Source: an uncultured Gammaproteobacteria bacterium
Lineage (GTDB): Bacteria; Patescibacteriota; Microgenomatia; UBA10105; UBA927
Direction: 5' to 3'
Assembly (NCBI GenBank): GCA_964629685.1
Contig: CAZVTT010000005.1
Coordinates: 1-63,265, forward strand
DNA: 63,265 nt
A program made the translations under genes and the position numbers. The notes under the pieces were generated by a model. The model did not search any database and was not told the DNA's origin. It saw only the letters and a program-made list of their open reading frames with translations. Below, piece after piece: positions 1-9,923 of this stretch (position 1 is its first letter; every line of letters starts with the position of its first letter).

Positions 1-779
1 CATGCGTTTACAGCTAGGACTACGCAGGTCTCTAATCTGCTTCGCTCCCCTAGCTTTCGTGTCTCAGTGTCAGGGATACGCCAGGAAGGTGCCTTCGCCT
101 TTGGTGTTCCTCATGATATCAACGCATTTCACTGCTTCACCATGAGTTCCCCTTCCCTCTCATACCCTCTAGCCTATCCATCTCGTACTCAGTTCCGCGG
201 TTAAGCCTCGGAATTTCAAGCACGATGTGATAAACCACCTACACGACCCTTTACGCCCAGTGAATCCGGATAATGCTTGCATCCTACGTATTACCGCGAC
301 TGCTGGCACGTAGTTTGTAGATGCTTATTCGCCAAATCTCGATGATCTGGCAAAAGAGGTTTACATACCGAAATACTTCATCCCTCACGCGGCGTCGCGT
401 GGTCAGGCTTTCGCCCATTGCCAACGATTCCCAGTTGCTGCCACCCGTAGGTGTATGGCCCGTGTCTCAGTGCCATTGTGGGGGGTCGCGCTCTCACGCC
501 CCCTACCCGTCATCGCCTTGGTAAGCCATTACCTCACCAACTAGCTGATAGGAACAAGGCCGCTCCAATACCGTCTTACGACTTTACCCTTGCGGGACTA
601 TGCGAAATTACCCCGTCTTTCGACGAGCTATGTCACAGTAAAGGGTACGTTCCTTGCTTATACTCACCCGTCCGCCACTGGTTAGTTATTTCCTTGCGGA
701 AACAACCTTCCCGTCCGACTTGCATGCTTAAGGCACGCCGCCAGCATTCATCCTGAGCCAGGATCAAACTCTCAAAAAG
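1..779 (-). rRNA. rrs: 16S rRNA gene, 5' ~780 nt (continues beyond window start)
   Basis: Reverse complement contains the 27F site AGAGTTTGATCCTGGCTCAG (753-772), a 515F-like site (291-309) and an 806R-like site (17-36). 5' end placed 7 nt upstream of the 27F site by analogy to E. coli. Confidence 0.99.
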
Positions 780-827
780 AATTGACGAAAGAAAATCTTC
801 CGTCAATCGGTCTCCTATCACCATTCG

Positions 828-876
828 ATTGTCAAAGAACTTGCAATAACAAAAAAAACCCGACCAGTGGTCGGGT
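828..876 (-). promoter_or_regulatory. rRNA leader: GC hairpin with U8 tract followed by boxA-like GTTCTTTGACAAT
   Basis: Minus strand reads ACCCGACC-act-GGTCGGGT-TTTTTTT (876-851), then GTTCTTTGACAAT (840-828), resembling boxA. Confidence 0.6.
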
Positions 877-922
877 ATAATCCCAGTGCCATGGTCACGT
901 TACGTATGCATTGCAAATGATG

Positions 923-951
923 ATTATATCCTTGTAATACTCGACCGTCAA
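923..951 (-). promoter_or_regulatory. sigma70-type promoter of 16S rRNA
   Basis: TTGACG (951-946), N17, TATAAT (928-923) on the minus strand. Confidence 0.85.
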
Positions 952-1011
952 TACCCAAGAAATCACATAGAGCATTTCACGAAGTACCAGAGAGTATGAT
1001 ATTGTAAAAAT

Positions 1012-2145
1012 ATGGACGAACAAGATAATAATGAGACGGGACTGATGGGTGAACCGATTCCCCAGCCGGATGAACAGGATACACCAATCGATTTTAAAAT
1101 ACAGCCGATTGAATCCGAAACAATCCAAAAACCGCCGCACATAGGAACATCCACCAGACCCCGTGATCCCACCAGACCGGAAGCGAATGAAGATATGATC
1201 GCGTTTTTACCAAACGGTAAAGGATTGGTGCTCACCGACGGCGCCGGGGGGCATATAGGCGGGAAAGCTGCCTCTGAAGCGGTAAATGCGGCAATAATCA
1301 CAGACCTTTCCGAACAGGACGCACAAAAACAAACTATTCAGACACCCGATCAGTTTGAACGGCGTGCTATGTGGGCCTGGAGACGAGGTCTTGATGAACT
1401 TGATCTCATTCACTATAACGAAGGACAACCGGATGCTGAGACGACTGCAGTATATGGGGAAGAAATCATTACTCCGGATGGAAAACGGTATTTTGGGCTC
1501 GCTCACTCCGGCGACTCCCGTGCATACCGAATACAGCAACACGACGGAGAAATTACGCTGCAAAAACTAACCATCGATCAGGGGATCGTGACGGCACACT
1601 TTCGCGACTATCCTGCCGTCGCTGAAGGCATACTCGATATTCTTGATAGTATAAAGACTGTACAGGATCTTAAACCGGAGAATCAACTGGGACAACGGTT
1701 TAATCAACTGGTGGAATCCATCCCGGCTGACCATCGGGAACAAATATTGCAGCGGATCAATGAAATGCTGAAAAATAATAGTCAGCCTTCTGCCGATGCC
1801 ATTACCCTTCAGTTTTACTGGAATTCACGGAATCTGATTTCTTCGTTTAACAGGCCGGAAATTCATGCACCGTTTGAAATTTCTGAAGCGGATTTAGGTG
1901 TACTTTTTGTGTGTGACGGCGTGACAGACAATATGACCACCGCCGAACTGACCGAACTATGCGGCCAATTCATCGGAGGACCGGATTTCGATCCCCAAGG
2001 TCTGGCTGAACTCGTAACACACCACGCAGGTGTGCTGGCAGGAAGACGGGTGACTGCTGATATAATTCGGCCAAAACTGGATGATATCACGGCTGGCGTA
2101 TATAAATTTACGGCGCCCAGACAGAATCTTGAAGCATTCACCTAA
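1012..2145 (+). CDS. PP2C/PPM-family Ser/Thr protein phosphatase
   Basis: Motifs LTDGAGGH, AHSGDSRAY, VCDGVTD, DDIT. Confidence 0.85.
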   Translation: MDEQDNNETGLMGEPIPQPDEQDTPIDFKIQPIESETIQKPPHIGTSTRPRDPTRPEANEDMIAFLPNGKGLVLTDGAGGHIGGKAASEAVNAAIITDLSEQDAQKQTIQTPDQFERRAMWAWRRGLDELDLIHYNEGQPDAETTAVYGEEIITPDGKRYFGLAHSGDSRAYRIQQHDGEITLQKLTIDQGIVTAHFRDYPAVAEGILDILDSIKTVQDLKPENQLGQRFNQLVESIPADHREQILQRINEMLKNNSQPSADAITLQFYWNSRNLISSFNRPEIHAPFEISEADLGVLFVCDGVTDNMTTAELTELCGQFIGGPDFDPQGLAELVTHHAGVLAGRRVTADIIRPKLDDITAGVYKFTAPRQNLEAFT

Positions 2146-2831
2146 TTTTTCTGCAAACCGTATTTCAGGGGTAACACCAGGGCAAAGACCGCACACGATA
2201 TGGCGATTATCCAGCCGCCAAGGGTATCCGCAATCCAATGCTGACCCAATATAACCTTACCCACGGAAATAGCTGTCACGACAGATAGCGTTCCCAGTAA
2301 CAATATGCCAAATACATATCTCCGTTTGTACATTCTCGGAAATACTAATCCCAGCAGTACCAAGCCTAAATATAATGACCGTGCTGCGTGACCGGAAGGA
2401 TACGAATAATCTTCCTGAACGTGATACTTGGGAAATAAAGTTGTGGGATTTTTCAGCATAAAGAATGGTGGGGCGGCACTTTCTACCCTAACCTTCCCGT
2501 ATATCTCCGCAGCGATCATGAGTCCGAAAAATACCGGTATAAGCAGCGCCGCCGCTTTCGCTTTCCGTGTTTTCCCAATAAGTACGCCAAGCAGTGTGAG
2601 TACCCCTACAATAATGACTGAATTAACGGGACTGACAAAATAACTTAAATCTTCCCATACTTCGTCCAGCCGTTCCGGAGATTTACCCTGAAGTCTGACC
2701 GTGGTATCAAAACTCAACTTGGTAAACGCACCCTGCTTTACCTGCCAGCTAAAAACGTAAAATACAATAAGACCTACCAGGCCAACCGTTAACGAAAGCA
2801 ATACAAAATACCGACGGATAAGTAGACGCAT
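2142..2831 (-). CDS. PAP2-family membrane phosphatase
   Basis: Several TM helices, SYPSGHAAR, terminal QHWIAD; TATAAT 8 nt upstream of ATG. Confidence 0.85.
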   Translation of the reverse strand: MRLLIRRYFVLLSLTVGLVGLIVFYVFSWQVKQGAFTKLSFDTTVRLQGKSPERLDEVWEDLSYFVSPVNSVIIVGVLTLLGVLIGKTRKAKAAALLIPVFFGLMIAAEIYGKVRVESAAPPFFMLKNPTTLFPKYHVQEDYSYPSGHAARSLYLGLVLLGLVFPRMYKRRYVFGILLLGTLSVVTAISVGKVILGQHWIADTLGGWIIAISCAVFALVLPLKYGLQKN

Positions 2832-2875
2832 GAGATTGTATTATACAGGAGAAAAATTCCAGGAGGCAAAGCCGG

Positions 2876-3427
2876 TTATTCGGTACTACGATTACCCTGG
2901 TGTTGTTTCATAATTTCGTACAGGATTATACCGCAGGATACCATCACGTTTAGACTCTTATTAACACCCCACATAGGCATTTCCACAATCGTGTCTACTT
3001 TGTCCAGTACTTCCGGTTTTACACCGTACGTTTCATTTCCGACAATAATTGCCAACGGGAACGCGTACTGCGCTTTATGAAACGGAACACTGCGTGCATC
3101 CTGTTCGACCGCAACCACTTTACCGTCGGGATGAGCTGCTTTCCAGGCAGTCATTGCCTCAAGCACGGTTTCCTTATATTCCCAATGAACCCACTGCCAC
3201 GTGTTTATTGACGCCTTTTTGATCCGGCTGTTCGGCGGTGTCAGCGTTTGGCCACAAAGATACACGGATTCCGCCGCGACGGCATCAGCCAACCGGAAAA
3301 TTGACCCAACATTATAGGTATCCAATACATCATCCAAAATGATAGAAACCGGGTTTCGCGGGATATCTTTTGCCGCAGCTTCGTCTACCTCCGACGTCCG
3401 CAATTCCTTCGCGTTGAGCTTGATCAT
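2876..3427 (-). CDS. TrmH/SpoU-family RNA methyltransferase
   Basis: YNVGSIFRLADA, IIVGNETYGV, EMPMWGVNKSLNV (SPOUT motifs). Confidence 0.9.
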   Translation of the reverse strand: MIKLNAKELRTSEVDEAAAKDIPRNPVSIILDDVLDTYNVGSIFRLADAVAAESVYLCGQTLTPPNSRIKKASINTWQWVHWEYKETVLEAMTAWKAAHPDGKVVAVEQDARSVPFHKAQYAFPLAIIVGNETYGVKPEVLDKVDTIVEMPMWGVNKSLNVMVSCGIILYEIMKQHQGNRSTE

Positions 3428-3675
3428 TCCCGTATTATACCAGGTAGCCTAACCGGACAATCTCATGAACAGACATACCCGATATGCTTGCATAACTATA
3501 GGTTAGATGGTATTATCACGCTCCGGTTATTTTCTTTTGCTGAAAATGTACCGGAAATCGCACTTTACCAGGCGTAGGGATATCTCCAAATGCCCGTAAT
3601 GGGAAGAATATTTGTTCTCCCCAATCCGGGCGTTTGGACACAACGAAATCAGATTAACCACTAGAGGATCGACAA

Positions 3676-3984
3676 ATGTACGGTGAAAACACAGACAGTC
3701 TCACGACAGACAAACTCAGAACACTCCGTCCGAGAATTCACGGACAAGCAGAAGAACAACCGGCATCCACCCACATTCCAGACCACATCCTGATCTTTCC
3801 GCACGACGACGAACTTTGTGGTCGCATTCTGGAAATGATTCGGGCTGAGACCGGTGCCGCGTTCCCGAAAATCGGACAGCTTTTCGCGTACATTCAGGAT
3901 GTACTCGGATTTAAGATACAGGGCGCTGATGCCTCTGGAATCTGGTGGCAATTTCCGCCGCAAGATGAAGTACCTGCCGAATAA
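3676..3984 (+). CDS. hypothetical protein (102 aa)
   Basis: ATG ORF in an intergenic slot, followed by a long inverted repeat; no recognisable motif. Confidence 0.55.
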   Translation: MYGENTDSLTTDKLRTLRPRIHGQAEEQPASTHIPDHILIFPHDDELCGRILEMIRAETGAAFPKIGQLFAYIQDVLGFKIQGADASGIWWQFPPQDEVPAE

Positions 3985-4008
3985 CTAACCCTATCCCTAC
4001 GCCCAAGA

Positions 4009-4064
4009 AACGCAAAGCCGGGCCACTGCCCATGATCATCACTTTAGATCCCCGGCTTTGCGTT
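4009..4064. repeat. 14-bp perfect inverted repeat with 28-nt spacer (possible terminator)
   Basis: AACGCAAAGCCGGG (4009-4022) and CCCGGCTTTGCGTT (4051-4064), followed by a pyrimidine-rich tract on +. Confidence 0.7.
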
Positions 4065-4098
4065 CTCTTCCTTTTCCCTCCTAAATACTACAAGCCTC

Positions 4099-4118
4099 CG
4101 CAAGGCCTCCCCTTGCGC
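4099..4118. repeat. REP-like palindromic 20-mer, copy 1
   Basis: CGCAAGGCCTCCCCTTGCGC, identical to 33352-33371. Confidence 0.75.
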
Positions 4119-4127
4119 AAGCACTAT

Positions 4128-4156
4128 TTGATTCACTATGGGTTGATTGGTATAAT
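4128..4156 (+). promoter_or_regulatory. sigma70 promoter with extended -10
   Basis: TTGATT-N17-TATAAT, preceded by TGG. Confidence 0.7.
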
Positions 4157-4334
4157 CCATACTCCCTCGCTGGAACTTCCGGAATGCCGGATACATATCC
4201 GCCGTGGGACGTATCCATTCGGGATACAAAGCTCTTTACCATACTGCAGTCTTACGTACCGACGTAACGTGCACACACACGTTAGGCCGGTGCGTAAGAA
4301 AAATCTGTCAAAAAACAAAGTGAAAGGAATTTCC

Positions 4335-4856
4335 ATGAATTCACGACCAACCATTGCACTGGCAAGCCGCGTTCCTTTGGCACACCCGAACTGGATCACC
4401 GCCATAGCCGCCCAACAAGCCGCTCTGCGGATTCTGGACAAGCTCGGCAAGGATAATGTGATCGCCTTCCCCGTCGGTCAGGACGCTGAGGCTGAATTTA
4501 TTGAATCCGCCAATACCGCCGTCGTCGGGATGCCGGTACAACTAACCTATATCCGCGATATCCAGACGGTATTAGCTGTAATGGGATTTCGTCCAGACGG
4601 AAACGACTGGATCGAAGTCGAACGCGAAAGCATAAAGGCACAGGGAACATCTGTCCGTAACTGGGCGCAAAAATTCGGAAAACAGGTTATCGTGCCCCTC
4701 GCACCGGGGACACTCTACAATCTGTTTTTTAGCGAACTTAAATCTTTGGGACTACCCAAAAGTATTCCCGTTGCCATTGCGACACTACTCGTTGCGGAAT
4801 ACCGTTATAACCCGGAACAATCATCGCCCGTAAAATTCGTTTTTGACAGACAATAG
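4335..4856 (+). CDS. hypothetical protein (173 aa) behind a ~170-nt structured leader
   Basis: ATG at 4335 preceded by SD-like GAAAGGA; the track ORF from 4032 includes the promoter and leader and is probably over-extended. Confidence 0.65.
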   Translation: MNSRPTIALASRVPLAHPNWITAIAAQQAALRILDKLGKDNVIAFPVGQDAEAEFIESANTAVVGMPVQLTYIRDIQTVLAVMGFRPDGNDWIEVERESIKAQGTSVRNWAQKFGKQVIVPLAPGTLYNLFFSELKSLGLPKSIPVAIATLLVAEYRYNPEQSSPVKFVFDRQ

Positions 4857-4961
4857 CAGTATGGAAGAACGCATTGGTTCTGCGACGGTTACCGTCACAG
4901 TTTAGGGTATCCCGCCAATGCGTTTTTTCTTGCCGATAGCGAACTTGACGCCCTTAAGCAT

Positions 4962-4990
4962 TTGACAACTATAGGTCTTTATTGTATACT
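4962..4990 (+). promoter_or_regulatory. near-consensus sigma70 promoter
   Basis: TTGACA-N17-TATACT. Confidence 0.8.
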
Positions 4991-5184
4991 TTTTCCTCTT
5001 CACGTGTCTCAACGCGAGGCAGTATGTGGAGAAATTTTTGTTCATTTACAGAAGGGATACGCTCCAAGCGCCGAAAATGAGAAGAATACGTTCTTCCTGT
5101 TTCCGGCACTTGGCAATACCGCCAATGCATGCGCCGTGTTAGGCAATTTATGCTTAACAAAACTCAACACCAAGTGGAGACGTT

Positions 5185-5442
5185 ATGGTAGAGGCACAAG
5201 TTGCGGCAGTTAAAGCGTTCATTGAAGCCCGTACGATACATACGTACCAAGACGAAAAAGGCAACGACGCCTTTGTGATGTTCACGGATGAGGAGCTGCA
5301 AAGCGCGTTCCTCGAAATTTTTGAACACACCGTCGGAGTACGCATGAGTACTGAGGAAATCGAAACGGCTTTAACCGCAATGGGATACTCCGAAACTCAT
5401 CAGGGAGTTCCCCCATCATTGTTGTGGCTACGCATGAAGTAG
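5185..5442 (+). CDS. small acidic hypothetical protein (85 aa)
   Basis: SD GGAG before ATG, strong promoter ~190 nt upstream, terminator downstream. Confidence 0.65.
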   Translation: MVEAQVAAVKAFIEARTIHTYQDEKGNDAFVMFTDEELQSAFLEIFEHTVGVRMSTEEIETALTAMGYSETHQGVPPSLLWLRMK

Positions 5443-5487
5443 GCGTAGTATCGTATCCGCTGTACTTGTAAGGGCACTACGTGCTCC

Positions 5488-5560
5488 GTGCGGGTGGTGA
5501 GAGTCTTTTCGTGACTCCGTCTTCGGCTAATACCCACAGACCCACCCGTATGTTTTTTTT
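5488..5560 (+). terminator. intrinsic terminator with a large internal loop domain
   Basis: GTGCGGGTGG (5488-5497) pairs with CCACCCGTAT (5542-5551), including G-U pairs on +, followed by T8. Confidence 0.6.
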
Positions 5561-5568
5561 CGAAGAAG

Positions 5569-6153
5569 TTACCCGTGCCATTTCTGTTTATCGTTTTTCC
5601 GGGCCGGATACATCCGTTTTATCTGCTGATATATCCCCAGACTGAGCATGGCCATGCACCAGCCGATACACGCCCCCACGAATACATCGAACGGATAGTG
5701 TTTCCCCAGATATATCCGGGAAAATCCGATGCCCACGGCTAACAGGAACCAGAGTCGACGATAACGCGGCTCAAAATAGGAAAGAATTGTCGCGCCGGCA
5801 AACGCCATGGCAGCGTGACTGGAAGGAAACGAATACGTGTGCAATTCTTCAGTAAGTACCAGTGCCCCCATATGTAACGAAGGACGCGGTCGGGCAATGA
5901 GCGGCTTAATAAACAATTCGGTAACGGCATAACTCGCACCGATAGCAATCCCGAGCGGTACAAAAAATAAGTGATATTTTTCTTCTTCCCTGATAAATAA
6001 CAAAAAACCCGCTACTATCCACACGAAACCTCCGGTATCTACCCCAGAGAGCATTATGAATACCGTATCGAAAATGATGGACCGGGGTACTCCGTTATTC
6101 AGAAGTAAAAAAAGTTGTGTATCGAGTGTTAGTACCGGATTCATGGGCAGCAT
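5569..6153 (-). CDS. PAP2-family undecaprenyl-diphosphatase-like protein
   Basis: KPLIARPRP, SFPSSHA, SRIYLGKHYPFD (all three PAP2 motifs). Confidence 0.9.
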   Translation of the reverse strand: MLPMNPVLTLDTQLFLLLNNGVPRSIIFDTVFIMLSGVDTGGFVWIVAGFLLFIREEEKYHLFFVPLGIAIGASYAVTELFIKPLIARPRPSLHMGALVLTEELHTYSFPSSHAAMAFAGATILSYFEPRYRRLWFLLAVGIGFSRIYLGKHYPFDVFVGACIGWCMAMLSLGIYQQIKRMYPARKNDKQKWHG

Positions 6154-6160
6154 TCCGCGG

Positions 6161-6514
6161 TTACGGTGTCGGCGTTGGCGTTTTCGTTGGTGTAGTACTT
6201 CCGGTGACTGTAGGCGTTGGTGAACCGGTGGACTTCGGACTTCCGGTGGGTGTCACGGTTACCTTGGCGGTCGGTTTTGGCGTTGCCGTAGTTTTCGCAG
6301 TCGGTTTCGGCGTAACTGACGGTGTTTCTGTAGGTGTTGGAGTAGACGTTACGATAGGTGTAGGTGTCACAAAAATTATTTTTATCCCGCTATCTTCCGG
6401 TACAGGAGAAATAATCTTTGACCCCGCACGAATGGTAAGCACCAATAGCACGAGTGCCACCAGTCCGAGCACTATGACCAAAATCCCCACCAATGGTTTA
6501 CGTTGTCTCTCCAT
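6161..6514 (-). CDS. single-TM protein with Pro/Thr-rich extracellular tail
   Basis: N-terminal TM followed by TPTP repeats; TTAACA-N17-TATAAT-N8-ATG promoter. Confidence 0.8.
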   Translation of the reverse strand: MERQRKPLVGILVIVLGLVALVLLVLTIRAGSKIISPVPEDSGIKIIFVTPTPIVTSTPTPTETPSVTPKPTAKTTATPKPTAKVTVTPTGSPKSTGSPTPTVTGSTTPTKTPTPTP

Positions 6515-6558
6515 CTTGACTCATTATATGGCTAAACTGCGAAATTGTTAAATTGTCG

Positions 6559-8592
6559 TTACTTAATATCTTCTTTCTTCCACGCAGCGAAGTTACACTT
6601 CGGATAATTTCCACAACCATAAAACGTTTTGCCTCTCCTGGTTTTTTTTATGACGATATCACCGCCGCAGCGCGGACATTTTATATCGGCTTTTTCACTG
6701 AACTGACGGGTAAATTTACATTCCGGAAACGTACTGCAGGCGATAAATTTCCCAAATCTTCCCATCCTGATTACTAACTTGTTTCCGCACGTCGGACATG
6801 GTTCATCTATTTCTTCCTCTACGACTTTTACTTTCCCCGCTTCTTCATATGTTTTTTGGAGAATAGCGGAAAAGTGCCCATAGAATTGGGCAATAACCGG
6901 CTCCCAGGCAGCACCGCCGGTGGCGATCTCATCCAAATTCTGTTCCATTTTTGCCGTAAACGGTAAATCCATAATATCGGGGAAATATTGCACCAAAAAG
7001 TCTGTAACGGCTTTACCCAACTCTGTCGGTACTAACTTTTTTTCTTCCCGGGTAACGTACTGCCGTTCCTGAATTGTGGAAATAATAGGTGCGTAAGTAC
7101 TCGGTCGCCCGATATCTTTTTCCTCCAGTGTTTTTACTAAACTCGCTTCGGTATACCGTGGTGGCGGCGAGGTAAAGTGTTGTTCCGGCTGGACCTCTTT
7201 TAATTTCACACTGTCCCCGACTGCCACTGCCGGGAGCACCCGTTCTTCCGTATCACGACCCACAATGGCCAGATACCCTTCAAATTTAATTACCGAACCC
7301 TGAGCCTCAAACGTATACGCGTTTTCACTTTGAATTTCAATTTTGGTGGAATCGAAGATAGCTTCCCGCGCCTGTGAACCCAAAGCGCGTTTCCAGATTA
7401 AATCATAGAGTCGGATGTGATCCCTGTTTATATCGCCTTCAGGAGTCATATTTTGACTTAATAATTCCACATTAGTTGGACGAATGGCTTCGTGCGCTTC
7501 CTGAGCTACTTTCGATTTTGTCTGATATTTACGAGGTTGATCCGGCACGAACTCTTTGCCGTGCAGTTTCGCAACATAGTTTCTGGCTTCTTCAATAAAT
7601 TTTTCCGATAAATTTACGCTGTCGGTACGGTGATAGGTAATGTACCCTTCTTCGTATAGTTTCTGTGCCAGTTGCATCGTTTTTTTCGACGAAAAATACA
7701 GCCTGCGTCCCGCATCCTGTTGCAAGGTACTCGTGGTATACGGCGGCTGCGGATACCGTTTGGTTTCCTTTTTATCCACTGCTTTTATGATAAACGGAGC
7801 CTTAAGATCGGAAACGATCTGACCGGCAGCCGATTCGGAACTAATGCTGGTTTTGGTGGTGGTGTACTGTCCGTCAAATAAATCAAATTTTAGTGTTGAT
7901 TCATACCCGACACCATTGTGTGCTGCCAATTTTGCCGTTATCACGGCATCTGACGTTACTTTTGGGGTAAAAATCGCTTCGATCGTCCAATATTCTTCTT
8001 TGGCAAATTTTTCTATTTCCCGTTCCCTTTCGACAATAACCCGTACCGCGACAGACTGCACTCTTCCGGCAGAAAGCCACCGCTTTGATAATTTCTGCCA
8101 CAATAATGGAGAAAGCTTATACCCTACCAGTCTGTCCAAAATTCTTCTTGCCTGTTGGGCATCTACCAACTTCATGTCGATAGTTCTGGGATGCTCAAGC
8201 GCTTCTTTGATAGCGCTTTCCGTGATTTCATGAAATACTATGCGTTCAAATTGAATCGGCTCGGTTGATGATTTGGCAGCACCTTTTTTCTTCTTACCTT
8301 CGGAAAGGATACTGGCAACATGCCAGGCAATAGCTTCCCCTTCACGATCAGGATCGGTGGCCAGAATAATTCTGGTCGCTTTTTCCGCCACCGTACGTAA
8401 TTCACCCACACGTTTGCGCTTATCCGTAGGAATTATGTACTTCGGAACAAAATCATGCTCGACATCGACTCCCAGATCGGATTTCGGTAAATCCCTGATG
8501 TGACCGATACTGGCTTCTACCGTAAATTTTCCGTTCAGAAATTTAGTTAATGTCCGGGCTTTGGTTGGTGATTCTACAATTATTAGCTGCAT
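6559..8592 (-). CDS. topA: DNA topoisomerase I
   Basis: IIVESPTKA, LATDPDREGEAIAWH, SAGRVQS, ITYHRTDS, two C-terminal Zn ribbons. Confidence 0.98.
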   Translation of the reverse strand: MQLIIVESPTKARTLTKFLNGKFTVEASIGHIRDLPKSDLGVDVEHDFVPKYIIPTDKRKRVGELRTVAEKATRIILATDPDREGEAIAWHVASILSEGKKKKGAAKSSTEPIQFERIVFHEITESAIKEALEHPRTIDMKLVDAQQARRILDRLVGYKLSPLLWQKLSKRWLSAGRVQSVAVRVIVEREREIEKFAKEEYWTIEAIFTPKVTSDAVITAKLAAHNGVGYESTLKFDLFDGQYTTTKTSISSESAAGQIVSDLKAPFIIKAVDKKETKRYPQPPYTTSTLQQDAGRRLYFSSKKTMQLAQKLYEEGYITYHRTDSVNLSEKFIEEARNYVAKLHGKEFVPDQPRKYQTKSKVAQEAHEAIRPTNVELLSQNMTPEGDINRDHIRLYDLIWKRALGSQAREAIFDSTKIEIQSENAYTFEAQGSVIKFEGYLAIVGRDTEERVLPAVAVGDSVKLKEVQPEQHFTSPPPRYTEASLVKTLEEKDIGRPSTYAPIISTIQERQYVTREEKKLVPTELGKAVTDFLVQYFPDIMDLPFTAKMEQNLDEIATGGAAWEPVIAQFYGHFSAILQKTYEEAGKVKVVEEEIDEPCPTCGNKLVIRMGRFGKFIACSTFPECKFTRQFSEKADIKCPRCGGDIVIKKTRRGKTFYGCGNYPKCNFAAWKKEDIK

Positions 8593-8725
8593 AGAGATTA
8601 CTCATCTTATCATGGGTAGGCAAATTTTCATTTACCGTTCCCATTGATAGACATATATTATATTGGCTGGTTTATGCTTCCGGTGCAAGACGGTGGAACA
8701 TGTTAATTTTGTACTCAGGATAAAT

Positions 8726-9823
8726 TTAACGGGTAAGATTATAGAGATGTGGTCCTGTTTGTACGACAAAGCCCTGCAGTTCCAGCAGGGTGAGTGTCGC
8801 CAGTATTTCTTCCGCTGATTGGGAAGTTCTGGTGACCAAATCGTCAACGGAGTACTGACCGTCACCTAATACACGGAGTATGTCACGCGCAATCGGGGTT
8901 TGCGGCGAGACTCCCACCCGCGTTCGGTCAGGACGTGGTGTTAATCCAAACGCCTCCAATACATCCTCACCGTTGCGGACTAATGTTGCACCCTGCTTAA
9001 GTAACAGCGCCGGTCCGTCACTATAGACACTCGTAACCGGACCGGGGACTGCCATTACCTCCCTGCCTTGTTCGGCAGCATACCGGGCGGTTATCAGTGC
9101 CCCACTGGTACGTGATCCTTCTATAACCACGACACCCAGCGATAAGCCACTAATTATTCTGTTCCGCGCCGGAAATAATCCTTTCCCCGGCCGATGCGAC
9201 AGCGGCATTTCCGACATTACGGCACCCTGTCCACCGGTAATTATCCGGTGATACAAATCGGTATTCCACGCTGGTGCGATCACATTTACGCCACAGCCAA
9301 GCACAGCAATAGTTCTGCCACCCAAATCCATTGCTGTCTGATGCGCTACTGCGTCAACACCCATGGCCATGCCGGATACGATCGTAAACCCCTGCGCCAC
9401 GAGATCTCCCACCAGTTGCTTCGTAACCGAACGACCGTAGTCCGTTACTTTTCTGGTACCAACCACAGCAACGGACCGGGAGACATCCCAGGCAGACTCT
9501 GATTTTTTCCCGAGTACATATAACACAAAGGGTGCATCCGAAATTTTTTTTAAATGTGGCGGATATCGGTCATCATCGCTGGTAAGAATACCGACATTTA
9601 AGGCACGCAACTGTCGTATACAATCCGGAATACTACAGGTAGAACGAAAATGCAGGAACTCACGTAAAACGCGATCCGGCAAGCCCACCGTTTTGAGCAT
9701 ATCAGCCGGCGCTTTCCAGGCAGCTTGTGCTGATCCGAAATATTCGCGGAGTAAACGAAACCGCACAGGACCGATTCCGGGGAAAATACTAAATGCGAGC
9801 CAATATTCATGCTCATGATCCAT
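8726..9823 (-). CDS. dprA: DNA-processing protein DprA
   Basis: AVVGTRK, IVSGMAMGVD, FPARNRIISGLS, SGALITA; start trimmed to MDHEHEYW, which has a -10-like box 7 nt upstream. Confidence 0.95.
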   Translation of the reverse strand: MDHEHEYWLAFSIFPGIGPVRFRLLREYFGSAQAAWKAPADMLKTVGLPDRVLREFLHFRSTCSIPDCIRQLRALNVGILTSDDDRYPPHLKKISDAPFVLYVLGKKSESAWDVSRSVAVVGTRKVTDYGRSVTKQLVGDLVAQGFTIVSGMAMGVDAVAHQTAMDLGGRTIAVLGCGVNVIAPAWNTDLYHRIITGGQGAVMSEMPLSHRPGKGLFPARNRIISGLSLGVVVIEGSRTSGALITARYAAEQGREVMAVPGPVTSVYSDGPALLLKQGATLVRNGEDVLEAFGLTPRPDRTRVGVSPQTPIARDILRVLGDGQYSVDDLVTRTSQSAEEILATLTLLELQGFVVQTGPHLYNLTR

Positions 9824-9923
9824 TGGCTTGAGACTATCAGACCGGAAGCGAACGAAAAACCGGATATCATACATATTTAGCCTACCGCTTGCACTTGGCG
9901 GTATATTCGTCAATGATACGTGT

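Noticed and set aside
321-1301. Short ORFs overlapping the 16S gene, its leader and the PP2C gene
   Set aside because: They lie within rRNA or promoter sequence, or are antisense to a well-supported gene.
4009-4064. c-di-GMP-I riboswitch resemblance on the minus strand (ACGCAAAGCC...GATCTAA...ATGATC)
   Set aside because: The upstream P1/GNRA half of the aptamer is absent, and the segment is a perfect inverted repeat better explained as a terminator-like hairpin.
6117-6551. 144-aa Val/Gly-repeat ORF on +
   Set aside because: Antisense shadow of the Pro/Thr-rich membrane protein; the repeats are coding, not CRISPR or tandem DNA elements.
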